A stretch of DNA of 64,000 nucleotides. Origin: Haliotis cracherodii. Its lineage: Eukaryota. Below are positions 53,919 through 64,000 of the stretch, one piece after another. A model generated the notes under the pieces. The model saw only the letters and a list, made by a program, of their open reading frames with translations. It had not been told where the DNA came from and made no database searches. The DNA lies in the NCBI RefSeq assembly GCF_022045235.1, contig NW_027266265.1, positions 25,544,001 to 25,608,000 of the forward strand. Direction: 5' to 3'. Position 1 is the stretch's first letter; every line of letters starts with the position of its first letter. A program made the translations under genes and the position numbers.

Positions 53919-53961
53919 TTATCAGTGCTATAACTCATTCCAGAGCAGTGCTGGTACTCAC

Positions 53962-54090
53962 CTCCCAGAAGTCGGAATGCTGAGCTGAGGAAGTCCAGGG
54001 AGCAGACAAACATGTAGAGGAGCCCGAGTAGCAGCACCACCTTCAGGATGTTGAACACAACTCGCTTCACCTTCTCCAGGTCCGTCATTT
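53962..54090 (-). CDS. SLC34A2: SLC34 exon (TM1)
   Basis: cggtAG and GTgagt; encodes (E)MTDLEK...LLYMFVCSLDFLSSAFRLLG(G). Confidence 0.95.
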
Positions 54091-54134
54091 CTACCGGGAA
54101 ATAGAAATGTTGGTAGACACAAAAAAGGGACTAG

Positions 54135-54335
54135 TGGTGTCGGAAAGGGTCTGTCCTTACCGTGCCTTAGTTTGACTGTATCGATGGTGTCAGAAAGGGT
54201 CTGTCCTTACCGTGCCATTGTTTGACTATGTCAATGGTGTCAGAAAGGTTCTGTCCTTACCGTGCCTTAGTTTGACTGTATCGATGGTGTCAGAAAGGGC
54301 ATGTCCTTACCGTGCCATTTTTTGCCTGTGTCGAT
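54135..54335. repeat. 50-bp tandem repeat x4 spanning an exon-intron boundary
   Basis: TGTCCTTACCGTGCC recurs at 50-bp spacing (donor GT at 54310, 54260, 54210, 54160). Confidence 0.9.
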
Positions 54336-54470
54336 GGAGTCAGGAAGGGCCCAGGGGTCGTCCGCTTCTATGTCATTCTCTACATCAATGATGTCCACCG
54401 CATGTTTCGGACTCTTGCGGGGCTTCTCATCGAGTCTCGTGTCTTCCATATTGCTCACAGAAGCAGGTGC
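54311..54470 (-). CDS. SLC34A2: SLC34 N-terminal exon
   Basis: ctcccAG and GTaagg; encodes APASVSNMED...DDPWALPDSIDTGKKWH, matching the DPW..P....G..W motif of SLC34A2-like N-termini. Translation may start at the internal Met or in upstream exons. Confidence 0.88.
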
Positions 54471-55576
54471 CTGGGAGTAGACAAGACACGGGTTTAGAGT
54501 GATTTGTTTATCACGCTGTTAATGATAAACTCTAAATTATTTGCCTTATAGTTAAGTTTAAAAACATTTGGGGATTAACATGTCTCCCCTACACAAATAT
54601 ACCAACCTTTGTGTGGGCCATCTTGTATTTGCTTCTGCGTCGATGGGCTCTTATATTTTCCTCTGCGTCGATGATCTTATATTGCCGGAAGAGTCCACGT
54701 GAGTGTATGGCAGGCTATATACTAAAAGGTTATTTTGTTTACCTGTTTAGTGTTGCGTTTCAACAAGCGCCTATTTTACGAGTACAATATTAAGGTCAAT
54801 ACCCGTACCATACAACTTCAAAAGTAAAACACGCATTGGGTATTTCATGTTTCTGAAACTGGATATTCTTCCCCCTCCAAATGGAAAGGTTGCCCCATCC
54901 ACTCATCCAAGGAGTAATAAACAAATACACTACCACGCGACCCTCCTACATAGGGCCAGTAGTGTAGGACACTGTGTAATCATCAGTGTTGCGTTTCAAC
55001 AAGAGCCATATCTCAATCATTTCGACATTCATTTATTGCTATGAATGAGTTATGGTAGAGTGTGGTTAAATCGGAAAATTTATACACTTCAAAGCCTTTC
55101 GTCGTGATTATACAGATTTCATGTCGGTTACTGTGTGGAGTAAACTGGTGTTAGATACCATGGTGAAACCGAGTTTGTACCATAGCGGCCTTTGTCTGAA
55201 TGAACATTTAATTCCAAAGGGAAATTACTGTGGAGCCACCATATGTATATGTCTAGAAGCACTTAATTACTGTGAAGCCACCATATATATATGTCTAGAA
55301 TCACTTAATTACTTATAAGCTTTTTTTTCTTTACATTTAGATTGCGTGTAGATCATTTTCACAATTACATGAAAACTATATCATGACATGTTGACCAGAA
55401 CCTGTAAAATGTATTACTTATTTATAAGATGCTAATCTCCACTGTTAATCCTCATTAACCCTGTCATTCCCTATCTGTTCCCAATGATTGCTTTACTAAG
55501 AATGATTTTTTTTGCATGTTATCTTTAACATGTTCAATGTTGGATCTGAAAATGATGTCCTTTAAACAAGAGAATA

Positions 55577-55580
<4 letters not shown>

Positions 55581-55634
<54 letters not shown>

Positions 55635-55660
55635 TGTGTGCGTGCGTGCGTGCGTGCGTG
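55581..55660. repeat. Compound (TG)n(CGTG)n microsatellite
   Basis: Directly visible; similar TG/CA tracts near 47635-47700 and 51712-51768. Confidence 0.95.
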
Positions 55661-56317
55661 GAGGCAATATAAGTCCTTTCTCAAGTAAAGGGTATGGAAA
55701 AATTCATGTCCATTTTCATAAACCCATTATTTGACATCAGTAGGATATCTTTTTACACTGAACTAAATAGTGTAGATATTCTTTTGGGGCATGTTGGATG
55801 TGAAATAAATTATGATAATAGTATGTCCATCAAACTACTTTCACTCCTGTCACCAACAACTAAGTACCCGCACAATACAATTAATTCTCACTCATTTGAA
55901 AGTAAGGCTGTTGTCATTCACATTAGCACTTCCTGTCTACCACATGGAAACTTCTTTCTGGCCTTCTGGAGCCTAAAAGTCCATTCGTCGGTCTTACAGG
56001 TAAGTAGACCTTTTCTCAGATTTCCCTACTGTTACTGTCATTTTGCTGTGTAATTAAAAGAAAATGGGAAAATGTTCACCTTACTGGAGTTTTAATGTCT
56101 CTTCAATTTAAGCCATTTTGAGACCATCCATTTATCATAAAGCATCAGTATCCTTAGTGTTACCTTCCATGCTGTTCGCACGACTTTGGTAAGAGGAAAG
56201 TTAAAATTAGTAACAGGAGAGATTTCTTGATGACCATACACGAATTTAAGGGAACAGCATTCAAAATTTATCCTGGTTTTGTTTTAAAGGTATAATAAAC
56301 AATTTGACATTTTTCTG

Positions 56318-57452
56318 AAGATGGAGAGAGAATTGAGAATGAAGGTGAGATAGATGAAGATGGGGAGAGAGATGGGAATGAAGGTAAGATAGTTGCAGAT
56401 GGGAAGAGAAAGGAGAATGAAGGTGAGATAGTTGAAGATGGGGAGAGAAATGAGAATGAAGGTGAGATAGTTGAAGATTGGGAGAGAAATGAGAATGAAG
56501 GTGAGATAGTTGAAGATGGGGAGAGAAAGGAGAATGAAGGTGAGTTGAAGATGGAGAGAGAAATGAGAATGAAGGTGAGATAGTTGAAGATGGAGAGAGA
56601 AATGAGAATGAAGGTGAGATAGTTGAAGATGGAGAGAGAATGAAGGTGAGATAGTTGAAGATGGAGAGAGAAATGAGAATGAAGGTGAGATAGTTGAAGA
56701 TGAGGAGAGAAATGAGAATGAATGCGAGATAGTTCAAAATAGAGAGAGAGAAATGAGAATGAAGGTGAGATAGTTGAAGATGGGGAGAGAAATGAGAATG
56801 AAGGTGAGATAGTTGAAGATTGGGAGAGAAATGAGAATGAAGGTGAGATAGTTGAAGATGGAGAGAGAAAGGAGAATGAAGGTGAGTTGAAGATGGAGAG
56901 AAATGAGAATGAAGGTGAGATAGTTGAAGATGGGGAGAAAGATGGGAATGAAGGTGAGATAGTTGAAGATGGGGAGATAAATGAGGATGAAGGTGAGATA
57001 GTTGGAGATGGGGAGAGAGATGGGAATGAAGGTAAGATAGTTGAAGATGGGAAGAGAAAGGAGAATGAAGGTGAGATAGTTGAAGATGTGGAGAGAAATG
57101 GGAATGAAGGTGAGATAGTTGAAGATGGGGATAGAAATGAGAATGAAGGTGAGATAGTTGAAGATGGGGAGAGAAATGAGAATGAAGGTGAGATAGTTGA
57201 AGATGGGGAGAGAAAGGAGAATGAAGGTAAGTGAGTTGAAGATGGAGAGAGAAATGAGATGGAAGGTGAGATAATTGAAGATGGGGAGAGAAATGAGAAT
57301 GAAGGTGAGATAGTTGAAGATGAGGAGAGAGAGATGGAAATGAAGGTGAGATAGTTGAAGATGGAGAAAGAGATGGGAATGAAGGTGAGATAGTTGAAGA
57401 TGGGGAGAGAGATGAGAATGATGGTGAGATAGTTGAAGATAAGAGAGAATGA
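56318..57452. repeat. Purine-rich ~39-bp minisatellite
   Basis: Unit GAAGGTGAGATAGTTGAAGATGGGGAGAGAAATGAGAAT, with indels. Confidence 0.95.
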
Positions 57453-57554
57453 GAATTTATTTCAAAGTTTATAAAATTTAACATTACCTTGCGGTCTTCC
57501 AGAACATCGGTCCAGGGATAGGTGTCACAGCAGCTCGGCACATTGGTCAAGTTT

Positions 57555-57835
57555 TGAGACCACACGCCATACCTCATTTGGCACGTCGGCGCAACCACGC
57601 AGCAGAACCATGCAGTGGCCTGCCCTCAGTCCAGATTAAAATCCCATTGAGCACCTGTGCACCTGTGGGGCTGAATGACGTCCGACCAAGGCCGACAACT
57701 ACAGCTGTACTGCGTCAGGCGTTCCTCAGAGTGTGGGCTCAAGTGCCTATGGCCTTCATCAACCGCTTCATCCATTCCATGTATCGACGTTGCACGGCAG
57801 TCATTAATGCACATGGCGGACACAAGAGATGCTGA
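57555..57835 (+). pseudogene. Tc1 transposase C-terminal fragment
   Basis: RPHA...MQWPALSPD*NPIEHL (stop and frameshift)...SMYRRCTAVINAHGGH; homologous to the ORF at 62027. Confidence 0.85.
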
Positions 57836-58329
57836 CTTGTAATGCCATTTTCTCAGAGACTAGTGTTGTGTTTCACTTCAAGAACATTTGACACTTTAAT
57901 TTCAACTATGATGATCAATTTTGCGAAGTTTCATCTTTTTAATATGTCTCAAAGTATGTGTCGCCGGATATATTTAGGGTTAGTTGCCAAGAGTCATCTC
58001 TGTTTCATTTTGCGGACGCTTCATCCCTCAATCTTACTCCTGGTTGTCTTACCAGCAGTATATCGTGCAGATACCTAAGGTGTGACGTTGACACTTTCAA
58101 TTGCCACTTTTATGTCACGCCATTGGCGAGGGAAGACATTCTTTCTTCCTCGACTCATCAATTCATGTTGATGTCATTTCTATATTTTGACAGGTAATAA
58201 ATCCCTTTATACCTCATCCTCACCGCCTCAGTTCCCTCAGTTACATCGTTGGCAGAACCCGCGACATATGTTTAGAGAGTTTGGACAAATAAGGTTTCTC
58301 ATATATCTATCCATGGTGACGTTTCTTTT

Positions 58330-58815
58330 GCGGTTCAGTATGTATCACGATAATGCCATAAAATATAGTTTTGTTGTCTGATCAGTGACCGTCTAACTAA
58401 CGGTAAGTTTATCGTATCGTTATTCTAAACAATAATACTTTACATACACAATGTTCAACAATATTGTTAAAATCAGTCTTCAACGCCATTTTGAAAACCG
58501 GGCCCTCTGCCGGCGGCAGTTCACACATCGTTCGATTGCACCCGGCATGCGTTCAATAGGCCGAGGCGCTTTCTGAGCGCTTACTTAGCGCTCTCCGCGG
58601 ACGTTCGGGTGCAATCGAACGATGTGTTAACTGCCGCCGGCAAAGGGCGCGGTTTTCAAAATGGCGTAATTTAGCAATATTGTTGAACATTGTGTATGTA
58701 AAGTTTTATTGTTTAGAATAAAGATACAATAAAATTACCTTTAGTTAGACGGTCACCGATTAGATAACACAACTTTATTTTATGGCACTATCGTGACATA
58801 CGTCGGACCGGAAAC
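58330..58815. repeat. Large imperfect fold-back (arms ~210 bp, ~55-bp GC-rich spacer), probably TE-derived
   Basis: For example ACGCCATTTTGAAAACCG...CGATTGCACCCG vs CGGGTGCAATCG...CGGTTTTCAAAATGGCGT, and TTTACATACACAATGTTCAACAATATTG vs its reverse complement. Confidence 0.9.
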
Positions 58816-60743
58816 TTGAAATCCTACCGACTTATTTAACATAGGAAAATAAAAATATAGACTGTGATTCGCCGCTGATTGCGTACAGCCAAAGGTCAGT
58901 GCACAAGTCACTAATTAGTGGTGGATGGGCCTTGTCGGTGATCAGATATCAGTTCGCTGTAGAGAGTTCTTTATGTACGTAAATTTTATATGATAATATA
59001 AAGGAAATAAATCGGGTATTTTGTAACAGTTCGTTGGATCCGTTTGTATGCATGGTGTAAGATTCAACTAAATGTATCGGTGACTTGGTGGATTGTGTTT
59101 CGCTGTACCCCGCCAATCGTTACCACTCGAATGCAACGACGGCATGGGGCGTTGTCCAAATCAACCACTGGTAAATTTGTCAGGGACAAAATCGATAATT
59201 TACAGGCCGCTCTGATATTGCTGGTATACTGTAGACTGCAGTAAAAATGAACAAATCGCAATGTTTTAGATTTATTTAAGAGACGACAGGCTCCTATGAA
59301 AATATCTGAAGTTACGTTTTCGACAAGTGAAGGTTTATGTCGCATGATAATATATGTCAATTGTTTACAAAAAGAAATCATATGAGTGTTATTGAGGCAA
59401 AACTGCATCTTGTTCACAAACAGACGCTTGAAAAGGTTCTTTTTCTGTGCCGAAATTAACATGGGTTGCAAGGAAAAATACTCCGTGCTCCGAGGGGCTT
59501 CAAAATGCAACTAAAACAATTGGGTTTTCCTGGTTTGAACAAGTGACAAGTCTTCCAATAAATGTTATCTCTAACGTGATGGTATCAAACTTCACCACTG
59601 AATGCTCGTTTGTCTCACAAGTTGTTCCATGTCGAAAAGTTAATGTTCACAGACCCCGCATTTGTCCAAGTTCGCCATCTTTGTCCCTCGGCGCGCCTCC
59701 TCATCAGTATGCGCGGAGGCGCTGGAAAGCGCTCTCAGCGTGCGTTTCGTTCATTTGGAAATATTCGGAGGAGCTCGCTAGCGCTCGCTGGCGCCTCGGC
59801 ACCAAACGGCTTATTGAATGCACCTCTGCCTGCCACTCAGTCCTACAGACGGCGTCAACATGTCTTCAACAGACGGTATGCTATGTTAACATCAACTGAT
59901 TTTTGCAACACTTCGAATTCCTCCTTGCAGCACAGCCAATTAGTAGAATTTGATTTGTATATCGCGTAATACTAACGTCCCGAAGGAAAACCTGGTCAGA
60001 CTTCTCTGAAGCCCCGCGGGGTGCAAGGCAGAATATGTCGTCCTCCAGCCGTATATATAGGTCGCGAAAAGCTAACAGCAAATAGTTCGCGTGGCCAAGA
60101 CCGCATTATTGATGTCCACCATGGTATTGCCTGAATTGAATATTTCTGTCTGGGGCGTAAAACAAAAAGCACTCACTGATTCACTAAATTGACATAACGG
60201 TGGGACTGTCATTGATATCTTAGGATTCATTAGGTCTTAGTTTTCAGACTTAAAGGGAACTCAAACATGATCTTATTACTAGCTTCATCACAATGGCCGG
60301 GCTAATATCCGGATTTCTCGAATTCACCCACATAGATGAGTTGCGGTCGGCCATGATGACACGGTAGCACGTTGTGATGATTGAATGCAGTTTTCAGATT
60401 TGACAATATTCCTGTGCCGAACACCACGAAGCTCGGAGAACGCCTGATTATTATTTTTCCAAAATACATCGTGAAAATTGTCTCTCGGGTCTATGTATAA
60501 ATCGACATGCAGCTAGCACACGGTCCGGCCTTAGTGTTTTTGATTGGGACAAACCCCAGGTGGGGTTGCGCCCTGAGCTAGCGTCCCACTGTTACGTAAC
60601 TTAGCAGTGACTCCGGTGGTGGCGGCGGCGATTTGTTGACACTGAAATGTGAGTATCACAAGCGGAGCAAGGTAAAGCTACGGACTAACTATGCGCATAA
60701 AGTTAACGCACTTAGGCCCATAACACTGATCTGGATCTTTTAC

Positions 60744-60967
60744 CAGATCCGGTGTAGAACAGGTCTTCAGCAACCCATGATTGCCGTAAAGGGCGATTAT
60801 GCTGGTTGTAAAATGCAACTGACGGGATCGGGTGGTCAGGCTCGCTGACTTGGCTGATGCATATCATCGTATCCTAATTGCGTGGATCGATCTCATGACA
60901 TCAATCATTGGATTGTCTGGTCCAGACTCGATCATTTACAGAACGCCGTCATATAGCCTGAATATAT
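60744..60967 (+). mobile_element. Truncated copy of the 45928 SINE-like family
   Basis: Colinear from CCGGTGTAGAACAGGTCTTCAGCAACCC to CGCCGTCATATAGC. Confidence 0.8.
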
Positions 60968-61506
60968 GTTCCATAGGGTTGAGGTCCTTGACCGGACTGG
61001 CCACTCAATGTGGACAGTGGTCTCCTGCTCTAAGTAGGCGTCAAGGACCCTGGCACGATTAGGTCGGTCCGATTGCGCCAGCATACAGTCTCACGCACAC
61101 ACCCAAAATGACACCCTTGTAGCGCACACCTGTCATCGTGCCCGTGGACGATATGGAGATGGGTTCTTCCAGCTCTGCTGATCTCACCTCCAACTCATGT
61201 TTGGGCCCCCTCCATGGCTACGTTGTAATCCTGAAACGCTACGGGCACGACGATCTGTGCAGCTTGGACAGTGTACCGATTCATCAGTGAAAGGTACGAG
61301 AGCGCAGTCCTGGTCTGTCCACTTGACGTGATCCTCGAATCCATTCGAGTCTGGCCTGCCTGTGACGGGTCAGTGGGATGCGAATGCAGCCTCACGGAGA
61401 CGATTACGCACTGTTGAGTAGAAACGTTAGCGCTACTGGCGTTCTGCGGGTCATTTCTGATGTGTAACGATTCTGTCACGATACATCTAAACACGTTTTG
61501 CACCAC

Positions 61507-61642
61507 GGGGACGATGGGTGGTTAACGCGTTCGCTCGTCACGCCGAAGACGCGGGTTCGATTCCTCACATGCGTGCAATGTGTGACGTCCATTTCTGGTG
61601 TAAAAGCAGCGTAAATCCATACTCACTCACTCACTCACTCGA
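61507..61642 (+). mobile_element. tRNA-derived SINE (same family as 45031), internally deleted
   Basis: GTGGTTAACGCG...GGGTTCGATTCC B box, (ACTC)n tail, TSD GCACCAC. Confidence 0.85.
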
Positions 61643-61803
61643 GCACCACGTGGCACCGTGCTCATGCCTGCATGCCATCTTGAAATTGATATCCTTCTGT
61701 ATACCCGGAGATTTCAATCTTTATTTGTTTTGATGACTTTTTTTATATCATCATAACATTTAGCCTGGGCAAACTTTGAGTTGTATAGTTGTGTGGCGTA
61801 GTA

Positions 61804-63323
61804 TACTGAGTCAAATTAAAAACTTCACATCTTTAAAAGTAATCCCATATATGATATACAACGGACAAATGTATCAGAGAAGGTAATTTTTAATCATTAA
61901 TGTCCAAAGAAGGATTTTGATTAACGGTGGTAACCATAATTTGTTCCAAGCACCTAAGGTATTCGGTAATAACATCAACAGTTTAAATCATAAGTCCCAA
62001 GCACGAGAATCTGATGGCACACAAGTTCAGTAGAGTGTATGGCCACCATGTGCGTTGACAACTGCCACACAACGCCTCCGCATGGACCTTGTGATGCTTG
62101 TGAACACATGATTGGGAAGAAGACGCCATTGTTGCTGCAAAATGGTGCCAAGATCTTGCAAATTCTGTAGTTTTATCTGGAGAGTGCGCAGACTTCTGCC
62201 AAGAGCACCCCAGGCCTGTTCGATGGGATTGAGGTCGGGAGACCTTGACGGCCAGTCCATGACGATGACTACCGCATTCTGAAGGAAATTCCTTGTCAAA
62301 ATTGCTGTGTGGGGTCTGGCATGGTCGTGTTGGAAGATAAAACCGGGTCCATGTGCTGCTTTGAAATGCAGAAGTTCTGGTGCCAGTACCTGGTCGCGGT
62401 AAGCAGCAGCGTTGAGGTTGCCAAGGATGAGAAGAAGCCTGGAACGTGCATTGCCACAGAAAGCACCCCACACCATGACACTTCCGCCTCGAAATCTGTC
62501 AACTTCCTGTACACAACACTGGGCGTAACGTTCATGACGGCGCCTCCACACCCTCGCCCTACCATCAGCAAATCGAAGATTAAATCGGGATTCATCACTG
62601 AAGACGACTTGATTCCAGTTCCTCTGAGTCCATCGTAAGTGTCGCTGTGCCCACAATTGACGTTGACGTCTGTGTAATTGAGTCCGAATCGGCCCGCAGT
62701 ATGGCCGTCGTGCTTGAAGGTGAGCAGTTCTCAGACGGTTTCGAACAGTTTGCGCACTCAGTCTACCCCTAAACAGTTCATTTCTGGTTGATGTATCCGT
62801 AAAAAATCGGTTACGGGGGTGACGTAAGACAATCTGACGATCCTCTTCATGTGACGTCACACGTGGTCGACCTGGCCGAGGGCGATCAGCGGTGGTGACC
62901 GTTCGCTGTATACGCGTCTGTAAATCATAAACAGTCCGTCGACTACAACCCATCTTCCTTGCGACTTCAGCTACGGACGTTCCCGTCTGCAACATGCCGA
63001 TGGCACGTTCACGTTGCACATTTGAAAGGCGTGGCATGACAAATGGCCGTAAAGACTTTTGTTTTCTTGTGTTTTTCTTTTTTTGTTAATGACTGCTAAC
63101 AAGTATGGCTGAAAACACGTGCGGTATTATGGCCACGTGACCAGTTGCACGTGAAAAAACAATTTTGCCACTATAGTGCTGTGCACATGATTTTGATCGA
63201 TTCACCTGCCAAAAAACGGGTGTTATCTGAAGACAATACGTGGCCAATACACAATAAGGGCCCACAATGATAACTGGTCAAAATGGTAGAATTTTAGGAT
63301 TAAGTTTTTAATTTGGTTCAGTA
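61804..63323 (-). mobile_element. Full-length Tc1 transposon, 1520 bp
   Basis: TIRs TACTGAGTCAAATTAAAAACTT and AAGTTTTTAATTTGGTTCAGTA; TA on both sides; encloses a transposase ORF. Confidence 0.93.
62027..63037 (-). CDS. Tc1 DD34E transposase, 336 aa, uninterrupted
   Basis: HTH region, GRPR, VVFSDESRF, FQHDHARPH, SPDLNPIE; 34 residues between the second D and the E. Confidence 0.93.
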   Translation of the reverse strand: MPRLSNVQRERAIGMLQTGTSVAEVARKMGCSRRTVYDLQTRIQRTVTTADRPRPGRPRVTSHEEDRQIVLRHPRNRFFTDTSTRNELFRGRLSAQTVRNRLRTAHLQARRPYCGPIRTQLHRRQRQLWAQRHLRWTQRNWNQVVFSDESRFNLRFADGRARVWRRRHERYAQCCVQEVDRFRGGSVMVWGAFCGNARSRLLLILGNLNAAAYRDQVLAPELLHFKAAHGPGFIFQHDHARPHTAILTRNFLQNAVVIVMDWPSRSPDLNPIEQAWGALGRSLRTLQIKLQNLQDLGTILQQQWRLLPNHVFTSITRSMRRRCVAVVNAHGGHTLY

Positions 63324-63341
63324 TATTATCCTTAGTCACTA

Positions 63342-63849
63342 GTCAGACATCCAGTATAAAGCAAGGCCCAGCAAGTGCCCTTCCGTGGTCAGGCATCCAG
63401 TATAAAGCAAGGCCCAGCACGTGCCGCTCTGTGGTCAGGCATCCAGTATAAAGCAAGGCCCAGCACGTGCCGCTCCGTGGTCAGGCATCCAGTATAAAGC
63501 AAGGCCCAGCACGTGCCGCTCCGTGGTCAGGCATCCAGTATAAAGCAAGGCCCAGCACGTGCCGCTCCGTGGTCAGGCATCCAGTATAAAGCAAGGCCCG
63601 ACATGTGCCGCTCCGTGGTCAGGCATCCAGTATAAAGCAAGGCCCAGCACGTGCCGCTCCGTGGTCAGACATCCAGTATAAAGCAAGGCCCGACATGTGC
63701 CGCTCCGTGGTCAGACATCCAGTATAAAGCAACGTCCAGCAACAGCTGCTCCATGGTCAGACATCCAGTATAAAGCAAGGCCCGACATGTGCCGCTCCGT
63801 GGTCAGACATCCAGTATAAAGCAACGTCCAGCAACAGCTGCTCCATGGT
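63342..63849. repeat. 46-bp minisatellite, ~11 copies
   Basis: Unit GTCAGGCATCCAGTATAAAGCAAGGCCCAGCACGTGCCGCTCCGTG. Confidence 0.96.
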
Positions 63850-64000
63850 GTGGCAAACATTTTAAAGCAGGGATAACAATCATCACTATCCCCTAACTAT
63901 CCCAGAAAGTCTAAACCGTAACTTTAGCCAATTGACGATACTCACACACACGTCGCTTGTGGAGCGGGTATGTTTAGGGATATCAAATGTGTCCACTGTA

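Noticed and set aside
52676-53961. Metallothionein- or keratin-like Cys-rich ORFs in all six frames
   Set aside because: The 22-bp unit lacks stops; only 53962-54090 is real exon.
56261-57598. 445-aa His/Ser/Leu ORF and 115-aa acidic ORF
   Set aside because: Purine-rich minisatellite with frequent frameshifting indels.
59064-59510. Crypton-type tyrosine recombinase remnant
   Set aside because: Only vague spacing similarity; the catalytic H-x-x-R and GH motifs are absent.
38690-63849. CRISPR-like periodic arrays
   Set aside because: Units are head-to-tail with no unique spacers, no cas genes, and a eukaryotic context.

Overview
Eukaryotic, intron-rich animal DNA; the repeat landscape suggests a marine invertebrate, probably a mollusc (inference only). 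Two spliced genes can be rebuilt exon by exon and converge on each other. The + strand carries a 9-exon PTPN1/PTPN2-family tyrosine phosphatase (ATG 3629, stop 31776, about 462-472 aa). The - strand carries an SLC34 (NaPi-II) sodium-phosphate cotransporter (7 well-supported exons, 54470 down to stop 46455, including a 27-nt microexon; true 5' end uncertain). A weakly supported ankyrin-like gene or pseudogene lies head-to-head with the phosphatase. Introns and intergenic DNA hold a structurally complete but decayed DIRS-type retrotransposon, an intact DD34E Tc1 element, Helentron/DINE-1-like elements, several MITEs, two SINE-like families sharing a 3' tail, and many minisatellites. The most notable points are: DIRS inserted at the centre of a palindromic target; a Gly-to-Cys change in the WPD loop; a start-less 1283-codon open frame in a 36-bp array missed by the ORF track; a SINE-like family without a tRNA head but with a possible 5' pseudoknot; and a splice donor copied four times. 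I found no evidence that establishes a wholly new biological system. Most long ORFs in the track are repeat artefacts.
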